NCBI GenBank assembly: GCA_016204005.1
Contig: JACQLS010000030.1
Span: 25,952 to 89,951 of the forward strand
Length of the DNA stretch: 64,000 nucleotides
Direction of reading: 5' to 3'
From: Parcubacteria group bacterium
Lineage (GTDB): Bacteria > Patescibacteriota > Minisyncoccia > Phycocordibacterales > UBA2135
The position numbers were made by a program, and so were the translations under genes. The first letter of the stretch is position 1; each line of letters opens with the position of its first letter. Shown here piece after piece: positions 18,953 to 27,490 of the stretch. Under the pieces are notes generated by a model. The model saw nothing but the letters and a program-made list of their open reading frames with translations. It was not told the origin of the DNA and did no database searches.

Positions 18953-19630
18953 ATGGAATCCCCAATCTACAACCAAAAAGGAGAAGAGGTTGGAAAAATT
19001 TCTTTACCAGAGAGCATTTTCGGCCTGCCCTGGAATGCTGATTTGGTACACCGTGTTTTTGTCTCCTACACAGTGAATGCGCGGACTTCAATTGCCCACA
19101 CAAAAAATCGCGCAGAGGTTTCTGGTGGTGGAAGGAAGCCTTGGCGGCAAAAGGGGACAGGTCGCGCGCGACACGGATCAATTCGCTCGCCTTTGTGGGT
19201 TGGTGGCGGTATTGCGTTTGGCCCACGGAACGAGCGAATCTATGAGGCAAAAATAAACAAAAAAGAGAAAATCAAAGCCCTCTTTGTTGCGCTCTCAGAA
19301 AAGATGCGTAGTGGAGAGATCTTCTTTCTTGATGCGCTTACGCTTGCGGATGCAAAGACACGCGAAGCAAAAACGCTTCTCTCGTCACTCGCAACCGCAT
19401 TGGGCAAGGACATGAATGCCACCCGGGCGCATGGAGTAATGGTCCTCACTTCAGCACAGGAGGAAATGCTTATTCGAAGCTTCCGTAATATCGGAAATGT
19501 AGAGGTAAAGAACATTTCGGATGTTAATCTTCCTGATGTCTTGCGCTTTAAATATCTAATCATTGTCGACCCAGAGAAGGGACTTCCTAAACTAGAGGGA
19601 AGGAAGACAACCCGTCGCGTTAACGCCTAA
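18953..19630 (+). CDS. rplD: 50S ribosomal protein uL4
   Basis: KPWRQKGTGRARHGS. Confidence 0.98.
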   Translation: MESPIYNQKGEEVGKISLPESIFGLPWNADLVHRVFVSYTVNARTSIAHTKNRAEVSGGGRKPWRQKGTGRARHGSIRSPLWVGGGIAFGPRNERIYEAKINKKEKIKALFVALSEKMRSGEIFFLDALTLADAKTREAKTLLSSLATALGKDMNATRAHGVMVLTSAQEEMLIRSFRNIGNVEVKNISDVNLPDVLRFKYLIIVDPEKGLPKLEGRKTTRRVNA

Positions 19631-19662
19631 GCGTTACCTATTTATACGTTTAACTTTTTCTC

Positions 19663-20142
19663 ATGGCTTTATTCGATTTATTCAAAAACCAAAAGAAAGG
19701 CAGGGATGCCGATGCGGTAACTGCAAAACCGGCGCGCGAAACGGCGGCGGCGGAAGCACGCGCTCGTGAGAAACAAACGACATCTAAGGGGGAGGCAAAA
19801 GAAAAGAAGCAAAACCGCGCAGTCAAAGCAGCTGTAGCCAACACCCGTGACTCGGCAGAGGGCGGCGAGGCATACGCGTCTATTATCCTCAAACCTTTTA
19901 TTACGGAGAAGTCCTCTTTTATGAGTGCGGATGGCGCATATGTGTTTGCTGTCAGCAAAGATGCTACAAAGAATGAAATTAAAAAGGCGATCCGTGAAAT
20001 GTACAAAGTTACTCCGAAGCGAGTGAATATCCTAACACAACACGCAAAGCGTCGTTTTCTCCGGGGTCGAGAAGGCGTTCGCTCACGTCCCAAAAAGGCA
20101 ATTGTCTTTTTGAAAAAGGGTGATAGAATCGAATTCGTATAA
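19663..20142 (+). CDS. rplW: 50S ribosomal protein uL23 with ~68 aa N-terminal extension
   Basis: KPFITEKS, ATKNEIKKAI, KKAIVFL; position in S10 cluster. Confidence 0.93.
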   Translation: MALFDLFKNQKKGRDADAVTAKPARETAAAEARAREKQTTSKGEAKEKKQNRAVKAAVANTRDSAEGGEAYASIILKPFITEKSSFMSADGAYVFAVSKDATKNEIKKAIREMYKVTPKRVNILTQHAKRRFLRGREGVRSRPKKAIVFLKKGDRIEFV

Positions 20143-20153
20143 ACAGCTAGACT

Positions 20154-21002
20154 ATGAAGAAATTACGACCAACAACACCGGGACAACGAGGCGCCATCCT
20201 CCCAAGCTTTAAGGCAGTCTTAACGACCGGAAAACCGTTTAAGGCCCTTGTTCGTGGCGGGAAAAGGCATGGTGGACGTGGAAACACAGGCCGCATTACA
20301 ACCCCGCACAAAGGAGGTGGCCACAAGAGGCGTCGTCGCCTTGTTGATTTTCGTTTTGATAAAAAGGATATACCGGCGCGTGTTGAAACTATCGAATATG
20401 ATCCTGACCGCAGTGCCTTTATTGCCCTGGTCCTCTACAAGGATGGGGAGCGCCGCTACATACTTGCACCAAAGAACATGCGCCCCGGGGACACGTTCAT
20501 TGTTTCAAAGACCGCAGAATTGAAACCAGGTAACCGCACAGTTTTAGGAAACATCCCTGTGGGTACCTTTGTACATAACATCGAGATTCAGGCAGATGGC
20601 GGCGGTAGAATCGCCAGATCGGCAGGGGGATCTGCACAAGTAATCGCACACGCAGAGGGTCACACACAGCTTAAGATGCCGTCCGGAGAAGTGCGCAAGG
20701 TATCGCGTGCTGGGTGGGCGACGGTAGGAGAGGTTTCGCACGAAGAGCACAAGCTGCGTAGCATTGGCAAAGCAGGACGTTCACGATGGAAAGGCATTCG
20801 ACCAACAGTCCGAGGTGTTGCCATGAACCCGGTTGACCACCCGCACGGTGGTGGTGAAGCGCACCACTCGATTGGGCTACGTTCAGGCCCTAAGACACGG
20901 CAAGGAAAGCGTGTCGGGGGTGTTAAGACTCGTCGAGCAAAGAAATATTCGAACAATCTTATTATGCAAAGGAGGAAGAACGCCCGCGAGCGCAGGCGAT
21001 AG
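20154..21002 (+). CDS. rplB: 50S ribosomal protein uL2
   Basis: IEYDPDRSA, RPTVRGVAMNPVDHPHGGGE. Confidence 0.98.
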   Translation: MKKLRPTTPGQRGAILPSFKAVLTTGKPFKALVRGGKRHGGRGNTGRITTPHKGGGHKRRRRLVDFRFDKKDIPARVETIEYDPDRSAFIALVLYKDGERRYILAPKNMRPGDTFIVSKTAELKPGNRTVLGNIPVGTFVHNIEIQADGGGRIARSAGGSAQVIAHAEGHTQLKMPSGEVRKVSRAGWATVGEVSHEEHKLRSIGKAGRSRWKGIRPTVRGVAMNPVDHPHGGGEAHHSIGLRSGPKTRQGKRVGGVKTRRAKKYSNNLIMQRRKNARERRR

Positions 21003-21033
21003 GAGACCCCGCCCCCCTTTTGGCGGATTATTA

Positions 21034-21070
21034 CACAAAAGCCGGTCGCCTCAGGCGACCGGCTTTTGTG
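21034..21070 (+). terminator. Terminator inside S10 cluster after rplB
   Basis: CACAAAAGCCGGTCGCC-TCA-GGCGACCGGCTTTTGTG perfect stem. Confidence 0.75.
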
Positions 21071-21138
21071 TTGACTTTTATCCTAGCGTTGTATAGGATA
21101 CCTTGAAGGCCCGCAAGGGCTCATTTTAACTGATTTGT
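21071..21138 (+). promoter_or_regulatory. Internal promoter and hairpin leader of rpsS
   Basis: TTGACT-17-TAGGAT then GCCC-GCAA-GGGC hairpin. Confidence 0.65.
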
Positions 21139-21486
21139 ATGGTACGTTCATCCCGCAAAGGTCCCTACGTTGACCCCAAGCTAATGAAAAAAGTCGAAGG
21201 GCAGAAACCTGCGAGCGGGGTTATTAAGACATGGTCGCGTGACAGCCAGATTGCGCCAGAAATGGTTGGCTACACCTTCGGGGTCTATAACGGGAAGGAA
21301 CATCTCCCCGTTGCGGTAACGGAAGAAATGGTGGGGCATCGTTTGGGTGAATTCTCTCCGACAAAGAAATTCCTACGGCACGGAGGTAAGATGCAGAAGG
21401 AAATGGAGCAGAAGAAGCGCGAGGCGGAAATTGCCGCAGCTGCCGCAGCTAAGGTAGAGAAAGCTCCTGCCGAGAAGAAAAAGTAG
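21139..21486 (+). CDS. rpsS: 30S ribosomal protein uS19 (C-terminal extension)
   Basis: [24 protein letters not shown]. Confidence 0.97.
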   Translation: MVRSSRKGPYVDPKLMKKVEGQKPASGVIKTWSRDSQIAPEMVGYTFGVYNGKEHLPVAVTEEMVGHRLGEFSPTKKFLRHGGKMQKEMEQKKREAEIAAAAAAKVEKAPAEKKK

Positions 21487-21501
21487 TAACCAAACTTTTC
21501 C

Positions 21502-21879
21502 ATGAAAGCTTTTTTGCGAAACTATCGACAATCACCAAGAAAAGTTCGGCTTCTCGCTGATCTTGTTCGTGGCAGGGAAGTTTCGGACGCCCTCGTCATC
21601 TTGGAAGCGGCTGTAAAGCGCGGAGCGCTGCCCTTGAGGAAGCTCTTGAGCTCGGCTATCGCTAATGCAAAAAAGAATGACGGCATTGGAGACGAGAGCG
21701 CGCTATACGTAAAAGAGATTCGAGTCGATGAGGGTCCAACCATGAAGCGCGGAATGCCACGTGCATTTGGCCGTTCAGCAATCATTCGAAAGAGAACCTC
21801 GCACATCTCCCTTGTTTTGGGAGAAAAAGTGCAAAAACCAGAACCAGTTGAAACTAACAAGCTAAAGGCTAAAAGCTAA
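21502..21879 (+). CDS. rplV: 50S ribosomal protein uL22
   Basis: SPRKVRL, SAIANA, PRAFGR, KRTSHI. Confidence 0.97.
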   Translation: MKAFLRNYRQSPRKVRLLADLVRGREVSDALVILEAAVKRGALPLRKLLSSAIANAKKNDGIGDESALYVKEIRVDEGPTMKRGMPRAFGRSAIIRKRTSHISLVLGEKVQKPEPVETNKLKAKS

Positions 21880-21884
21880 AAGCT
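21857..21884 (+). repeat. Heptamer tandem repeat (AAAAGCT-like) over rplV stop
   Basis: ACAAGCT-AAAGGCT-AAAAGCT-AAAAGCT. Confidence 0.8.
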
Positions 21885-21889
21885 GTTTT

Positions 21890-22564
21890 ATGACACACGT
21901 CGTCCATCCATACGCTCATAGATTGGGGATACTCCGTGACTGGAAATCACGTTGGTTTAAAAATGGCCCCGTATACAGGGATCAGCTTCGTGGCGACACG
22001 CTCTTGCGGGAATATCTTACTAAGCGCTTGCGCAGTTTTTATATTGCTTTGATTGAGATTGAGCGAAATGGCAAGATGACCAAAGTCATAATCTCGTCTT
22101 CTCGCCCAGGTATGATTATTGGAAGGCAGGGTGAAGGCTCATTAAAGTTAAAGAACGACATAGAGCAATTTGCTCGAAAGAAAAAGTTAAATGTCGGAGA
22201 GCTTAAAATCGAGGTAACAGAAGTGCGCTCGCCAGAATCAAACGCGGCAGTTGTCGCGTACATGATTGCGGAGGGGCTTGAGCGCCGCCTAGCTTTCCGT
22301 CGGGTGCTTAAGCAGACGATGGACAAGGTTATGGCAAATAGGCAGGTAAAGGGTGCCCGCTTTGCTCTCTCCGGGCGCCTTGGAGGTGCCGAGATGGGCC
22401 GAAGAGAAGCATTAAAGCAAGGAAACATTCCACTTCAGACGCTTCGAGCGGATGTTGACTTTGCTCGCGAAAAAGCGTACCTTCCCTACGGCGTCATAGG
22501 TGTTAAGGTATGGATTTATAAGGGCGAAGTGTTTGAAAAAAGCAAGGAAAAGCCCCGCAGGTAG
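21890..22564 (+). CDS. rpsC: 30S ribosomal protein uS3
   Basis: SRPGMIIGR, SGRLGGAEMGR, PLQTLRADVD, GVKVWI. Confidence 0.98.
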   Translation: MTHVVHPYAHRLGILRDWKSRWFKNGPVYRDQLRGDTLLREYLTKRLRSFYIALIEIERNGKMTKVIISSSRPGMIIGRQGEGSLKLKNDIEQFARKKKLNVGELKIEVTEVRSPESNAAVVAYMIAEGLERRLAFRRVLKQTMDKVMANRQVKGARFALSGRLGGAEMGRREALKQGNIPLQTLRADVDFAREKAYLPYGVIGVKVWIYKGEVFEKSKEKPRR

Positions 22565-22587
22565 AACACCTTTCATACAACCCCACT

Positions 22588-23007
22588 ATGTTGTTTCCCA
22601 AAAAAGTAAAACACAGAAAATGGCATCGGATGCGTAAAAACCCAAAGAAGGTACGCATCGAAACTCGAGGCACTACAGTCGCCTTTGGCTCGTTTGGTTT
22701 GAAGGTGATTGCTCCCGGCTTTATTAGGTCCAACCAAATTGAAGCGGCTCGAAAAGTTGTTGCACGCGCGACAGCAAAAACCGGTAAAATGTGGATTCGT
22801 GTTTTTCCTGACCGTCCGTTTACCCAGAAAGCGGCAGAAGTCGGCATGGGTAAGGGAAAGGGAGATGTACAAGGGTACGAAGTAGAAGTATTGCCGGGAA
22901 GGGTCCTTTTTGAAATTGATGGAGTAGAGAGCGTTGCCGCGGAGCTCGCTTTGCGTAAGGCCGGCTCAAAGCTCCCAGTAAAGACTAAAGTAGTTGCGCG
23001 GGTTTAG
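22588..23007 (+). CDS. rplP: 50S ribosomal protein uL16
   Basis: QIEAAR, WIRVFPD, MGKGKG. Confidence 0.97.
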   Translation: MLFPKKVKHRKWHRMRKNPKKVRIETRGTTVAFGSFGLKVIAPGFIRSNQIEAARKVVARATAKTGKMWIRVFPDRPFTQKAAEVGMGKGKGDVQGYEVEVLPGRVLFEIDGVESVAAELALRKAGSKLPVKTKVVARV

Positions 23008-23010
23008 TTT

Positions 23011-23199
23011 ATGCAATACAAGGAACTACAATCAAAAGGAGTAGACGAGCTCAAAAAGCTCATCAGAGAGAAGCGCAAGGCGCTGCGGCTTTTTCGCTTC
23101 GGCTCCGCAGGTTCACGAACGAAAAATGTGAAAGAAGGCCGGAATTTGCGAAGAGATATAGCGAGAATTTTAACAAAGGTTACAGAGAAGTCATCATAA
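23011..23199 (+). CDS. rpmC: 50S ribosomal protein uL29
   Basis: RRDIARILT; position. Confidence 0.93.
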   Translation: MQYKELQSKGVDELKKLIREKRKALRLFRFGSAGSRTKNVKEGRNLRRDIARILTKVTEKSS

Positions 23200-23200
23200 T

Positions 23201-23446
23201 ATGGCTACAGGAGACCGAAAAACACGTCGTCAGCTCAAGGGGACCGTTGTCTCTGACAAATCGGACAAAACCGTCGTTGTTTTGGTAAACCGGTATGTTG
23301 AGCATTCGAAATACGGGAAGTTTATGCGTGTAAGCAAGAAATACAAAGCACACGATCCGGAGAACAAGTATAAGATTGGAGACACCGTTGTGATCGAAGA
23401 ATGCGCTCCGATATCAAAAGATAAACGTTTTAAAGTTTTAGCATGA
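23201..23446 (+). CDS. rpsQ: 30S ribosomal protein uS17
   Basis: [28 protein letters not shown]. Confidence 0.96.
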   Translation: MATGDRKTRRQLKGTVVSDKSDKTVVVLVNRYVEHSKYGKFMRVSKKYKAHDPENKYKIGDTVVIEECAPISKDKRFKVLA

Positions 23447-23814
23447 TACAACCAGAAGCAAAAGTCATAGTTGCCGACAACTCGGGCGCACGCTTGTGCG
23501 AGGTCTTTAAAATTTTAGGCGGAACGCGAAGGCGTTACGCACGCATTGGCGATATTGTTGTTGCCTCTGTTAAGATTGCTGAACCGCGCAAGCTTGTAAA
23601 GAAAAAAGATGTCGTGCACGCTGTCGTGGTGCGTCAGCGCCAGCCATTCCGTAGAAAAGACGGCACGTACGTCAAGTTTGACGACAATGCTATCGTCATT
23701 ATCGAGAAAGGCAAAAAGGAGCCTCGTGCGGGACGTATTTTTGGACCTATCCCGAGGGAGCTGGGCGAACTTGGTTATCAGAAGATTATTTCTCTAGCAC
23801 CTGAGGTGGTGTAG
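23443..23814 (+). CDS. rplN: 50S ribosomal protein uL14
   Basis: VADNSGA, FDDNA, RIFGPI, SLAPEV. Confidence 0.98.
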   Translation: MIQPEAKVIVADNSGARLCEVFKILGGTRRRYARIGDIVVASVKIAEPRKLVKKKDVVHAVVVRQRQPFRRKDGTYVKFDDNAIVIIEKGKKEPRAGRIFGPIPRELGELGYQKIISLAPEVV

Positions 23815-23825
23815 CCTCCTATACT

Positions 23826-24131
23826 ATGCGGATTAAAAAAGGCGACAATATAATAGTCATTTCTGGTAAAGACAAAGGCAAGACGGGTAAAATCACCCAC
23901 GCCTTTCCTTCTGATGATCGAGTTATTGTTGAAGGCGTAAATATGAGGAAAAAGCACAGAAGGTCAACGCAATCTCGGCAGAAAGGACAGATAGTTGAAT
24001 TTGCCTCTCCTATTCATGCTTCGAACGTGATGCTTGTTGATCCTAAGACAGGAAAGCCAACGAGGATCGGTATGAAAATGGAAGGGGGGAAAAAGGTGCG
24101 CGTAGCGAAAAAGAGCAACACGGTACTGTAA
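23826..24131 (+). CDS. rplX: 50S ribosomal protein uL24
   Basis: [20 protein letters not shown]. Confidence 0.97.
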   Translation: MRIKKGDNIIVISGKDKGKTGKITHAFPSDDRVIVEGVNMRKKHRRSTQSRQKGQIVEFASPIHASNVMLVDPKTGKPTRIGMKMEGGKKVRVAKKSNTVL

Positions 24132-24159
24132 AACATTTTGAGTTTTTGAAACATATCGT

Positions 24160-24720
24160 ATGAAGCTAACAAAGGAAAAAGAAAAAACAGCATTCGATGC
24201 CCTTAAGGGTGTATTTGGGTATGAGAATCGAATGGCCTCGCCACGTCTCGTCAAAGTAGTGGTTGGCTCTGGCACAGGGAAAGCATCGCGTTCTGATAAG
24301 AATCGGAATGATTTTATTGCTGAGCGCTTAGGGAAGATTGTTGGCCAAAAGCCGTCTCCGCGCGGGGCGAAAAAGTCAGTCGCGTCATTTAAGGTGCGTG
24401 AGGGGGAGCACATCGGTTTTTCGGCGACATTGCGAGGCCGACGTATGTATGATTTCCTTGACCGCTTTCTCTCAATTGCCTTGCCGAGGACACGCGATTT
24501 TCGCGGGGTATCCCGTACGGCTATTGACCAGATGGGAAACATTACGATTGGGGTGCCCGAGCACACGGTTTTCCCTGAAACGACAGATGAGGAATTGAAA
24601 AATGTCTTTGGGCTTGCCGTTACTATCGTGACTACGGCAAAGACAAAGGCGGAGGCAGAAGCGTTTCTTACACACATCGGCGTACCCTTCAAAAAAGAGG
24701 AGGAGTCTAAAAAGGCATAA
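24160..24720 (+). CDS. rplE: 50S ribosomal protein uL5
   Basis: GQKP, AKKSVASFKVREG, LPRTRDFRG. Confidence 0.97.
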   Translation: MKLTKEKEKTAFDALKGVFGYENRMASPRLVKVVVGSGTGKASRSDKNRNDFIAERLGKIVGQKPSPRGAKKSVASFKVREGEHIGFSATLRGRRMYDFLDRFLSIALPRTRDFRGVSRTAIDQMGNITIGVPEHTVFPETTDEELKNVFGLAVTIVTTAKTKAEAEAFLTHIGVPFKKEEESKKA

Positions 24721-24730
24721 AAGTAGCAGA

Positions 24731-24794
24731 TTGACTTCCGGTACCACCTTCTATATTATGTGTGGAAGCCCGTTAGGGCTTTCATTTGGTTTTT
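24731..24794 (+). promoter_or_regulatory. Internal promoter and hairpin leader of rpsN
   Basis: TTGACT-17-TATTAT then TGGAAGCCC-GTTA-GGGCTTTCA hairpin. Confidence 0.65.
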
Positions 24795-24980
24795 ATGGCA
24801 AAAAAGTCTGTAATTGCAAGATCAGAAAAGAAACCCAAATATCAGTCGCGCGTCGTACGGCGCTGTTTTCGATGCGGAAGAAGGAGGGGTTACATGCGTG
24901 ACTTTAATCTTTGCCGCATTTGTTTCAGGGAGCTCGCAAATGAAGGGATGATACCAGGAGTTAAAAAGTCTTCTTGGTAG
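24795..24980 (+). CDS. rpsN: 30S ribosomal protein uS14 (Zn-binding type Z)
   Basis: [25 protein letters not shown]. Confidence 0.97.
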   Translation: MAKKSVIARSEKKPKYQSRVVRRCFRCGRRRGYMRDFNLCRICFRELANEGMIPGVKKSSW

Positions 24981-25009
24981 TAAAACGTTTTCAAATATTC
25001 GATTGAACC

Positions 25010-25396
25010 ATGGATCCAATAGCCGACATGTTAATCCAAATAAAGAACGCAAGCTTGGTCCGGAAGGGATCGGTTGTTGTTCCCTATGCTAAGTTCTCGC
25101 ACGCGGTTGCCGACGTACTGGTGCGCGAAGGATATCTAAAGGAGGCAAGTAAGAAAGGACGTAAGGAAAAAAAGGTGCTTGAACTTGAGATTGCGTATGA
25201 GAACGGAAAGCCAAAGGTAGAAGATGTACAGCGTCTTTCAAAACTCTCTCGTCGAAAATACCTCGCTGTTCATGAAATTCGTCCCGTGCGCCAAGGCTAC
25301 GGAACACTTGTCATCTCAACACCCAAGGGGGTTCTTACAGGAGACGAGGCGAAAAGGCAAAAAGTAGGAGGAGAGGCCTTGTTTAAGATTTGGTAA
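25010..25396 (+). CDS. rpsH: 30S ribosomal protein uS8
   Basis: DPIADML, STPKGVLT, GGE. Confidence 0.97.
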   Translation: MDPIADMLIQIKNASLVRKGSVVVPYAKFSHAVADVLVREGYLKEASKKGRKEKKVLELEIAYENGKPKVEDVQRLSKLSRRKYLAVHEIRPVRQGYGTLVISTPKGVLTGDEAKRQKVGGEALFKIW

Positions 25397-25403
25397 TACG
25401 CGT

Positions 25404-25937
25404 ATGTCCAGAATAGGAAAACGACCAATACCCATACCAGCAAAAACAGAAGTTACCGTGGATAACCACACGGTTGTTGTTCGTGGGCCTCTCGGCGAGA
25501 CTCGTCGCTCCTTTACGGATGAGGTTTCTATTGAAGTAGAAAATGGCGCTGTGCTTGTTACCCCGCGTCGTAATGCTAAGCGAACACGCGCATTGTGGGG
25601 CACATATGCCGCGCACATAAAGAACATGCTCAAGGGAGTCAATACTCCCTATGCGAAAGATTTAATCGTGGAAGGCGTAGGATATCGCGCCGAGGTTAAG
25701 GGAAAGTCCTTGGTGCTCCAGGTTGGCTTTTCACACCCGGTACCAATGCTTATCCCCGAAGGTATTTCTGTGAATGCGGAAAAAAATGCTATTCGCGTTA
25801 GTGGTATTGATAAGGAGGCGGTTGGTCAATTTGCCGCAGATGTGCGCGCTGTAAAGAAGCCAGAGCCGTATAAGGGCAAGGGTATCCGTTACGCGGACGA
25901 AGTTATCCGAAGAAAGGTTGGTAAGAAAGCCGCGTAA
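25404..25937 (+). CDS. rplF: 50S ribosomal protein uL6
   Basis: MSRIGKRPI, GVGYRA, PEPYKGKGIRY. Confidence 0.98.
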   Translation: MSRIGKRPIPIPAKTEVTVDNHTVVVRGPLGETRRSFTDEVSIEVENGAVLVTPRRNAKRTRALWGTYAAHIKNMLKGVNTPYAKDLIVEGVGYRAEVKGKSLVLQVGFSHPVPMLIPEGISVNAEKNAIRVSGIDKEAVGQFAADVRAVKKPEPYKGKGIRYADEVIRRKVGKKAA

Positions 25938-25970
25938 AGAATCGTTTTCATAATTCTTATTTGTAATCAT

Positions 25971-26321
25971 ATGAAGTCTAAAACAACTTTAAGGAAACGG
26001 CGTCATATACGCATTCGAGCAAAGGTACACGGAACAGCCACGCGTCCGCGTCTTTCGGTGTTTCGATCGAACAAGCATTTTTATGCCCAGCTTATCAATG
26101 ATGATGCCTCCGTTACGCTCGGCGCTTCATCTGACGGTAAGGTAAGGGGCGGCAGAGAGAGCTCTCCGAAGGAGCGTGCAAAACTCATTGGTGCTGATAT
26201 CGCGGAGCAGGCAAGAGAAAAGGGCATTAAAGAAGTTGTCTTTGACCGCGGTGGTTTTGCCTACACAGGTATCATTAAAGAATTTGCTGAGGCTGCACGA
26301 GGGGCAGGTCTTGGATTTTAA
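25971..26321 (+). CDS. rplR: 50S ribosomal protein uL18
   Basis: RPRLSVFRSNKH, VVFDRGG. Confidence 0.97.
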   Translation: MKSKTTLRKRRHIRIRAKVHGTATRPRLSVFRSNKHFYAQLINDDASVTLGASSDGKVRGGRESSPKERAKLIGADIAEQAREKGIKEVVFDRGGFAYTGIIKEFAEAARGAGLGF

Positions 26322-26330
26322 ACTGTATCT

Positions 26331-26972
26331 ATGACAGACGTTCCAACAAACACAAACACAGAACAAAAAGTTGTGACTGAAGCTCAAACTTCCGTTGCCG
26401 GGACAAGTGCTCCAAAGAGTACTTCATTTGGCGGGAGGGGTGCCGGGAGGGGAGAACGACCCCGGAGAGGAAGAGGAGGGCGCCCCGGAGAAGGAGGCGA
26501 CTCTCGTCGTGGAGGAGGCCGTCCGCGTCGCACAAACACTCGCGCGCGCCCCGAGTTTGACCAAAAGGTCATTGATGTTCGTCGTGTCGCTCGTGTCGTT
26601 GCCGGAGGTCGGCGCTTTAGCTTTAGCGTTGTTATCATATTGGGCGACAGGAAAGGGAGAGTTGGTGTTGGTATCGGCAAAGGGGGGGACACATCACTTG
26701 CGATTGAAAAGGCGACAAGGTTCGCAAAGAAAAGCATGATAAAGATACCTCTCACCGAATCGATGTCGATTCCGCACGAAACAGGCGCGAAATACTCGAG
26801 TGCCGTTGTCGAAATTGTCCCAGCCCCGGGAAAGGGTTTGGTTGCCGGAAGCTCAGTCCGAACAGTCCTCGATTTTGCTGGCGTCACGGATGTTGCCGCA
26901 AAGGTTATGGCTCGGAGCAAAAACAAACTAAACAATGCTCGAGCAGCCATTGAAGCATTGAAACGGCTCTAA
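26331..26972 (+). CDS. rpsE: 30S ribosomal protein uS5 (RGG-rich N-terminal extension)
   Basis: RVARVVAGGRRFSF, GRVGVGIGK, PAPGKGLVAG. Confidence 0.97.
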   Translation: MTDVPTNTNTEQKVVTEAQTSVAGTSAPKSTSFGGRGAGRGERPRRGRGGRPGEGGDSRRGGGRPRRTNTRARPEFDQKVIDVRRVARVVAGGRRFSFSVVIILGDRKGRVGVGIGKGGDTSLAIEKATRFAKKSMIKIPLTESMSIPHETGAKYSSAVVEIVPAPGKGLVAGSSVRTVLDFAGVTDVAAKVMARSKNKLNNARAAIEALKRL

Positions 26973-26982
26973 TATTCACACC

Positions 26983-27432
26983 ATGCAATTAAACAAACTA
27001 AAACCAGCAACTGCTCGCAGGGCAGGGAAACACATCGGCCGCGGAGGTAAACGCGGTACGTATTCGGGGCGTGGCGGAAAGGGTCAAACAGCGCGTTCAA
27101 ATACGCACATGCGCCCTGAGATGCGAGACATCATTAAAAAGATCCCCAAGAGGCGTGGGTACGGCAAGAACCGCGCTCGCACGGTTAATGACTCGCGACG
27201 CGAATCCTTGCCAATAACTCTGAAACTCCTTGAATCAAAATTCTCTTCTGGAGAATCCGTGACTGTAGAGACCTTGAACGCTAAGGGGCTCATTAAGAAG
27301 AGTCGTTCTGCCAGGCTCCCCATCAAGATTTTGGGAATGGGTGCGCTCTCGAAAAAGCTCTCCGTCTCCGGCGTATCTCTTTCTAAGGGTGCGAAAGAGG
27401 CGATTCTACATGCCGGAGGCACAGTAAAGTAG
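26983..27432 (+). CDS. rplO: 50S ribosomal protein uL15
   Basis: GRGGKRGTYSGRGGKGQTAR, PKRRG, AGG. Confidence 0.95.
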   Translation: MQLNKLKPATARRAGKHIGRGGKRGTYSGRGGKGQTARSNTHMRPEMRDIIKKIPKRRGYGKNRARTVNDSRRESLPITLKLLESKFSSGESVTVETLNAKGLIKKSRSARLPIKILGMGALSKKLSVSGVSLSKGAKEAILHAGGTVK

Positions 27433-27490
27433 CTTCACTAGCTTTCTGGGGGATGACCACCTAACGGAAGCTAATGAAGCCCATGAAGCC

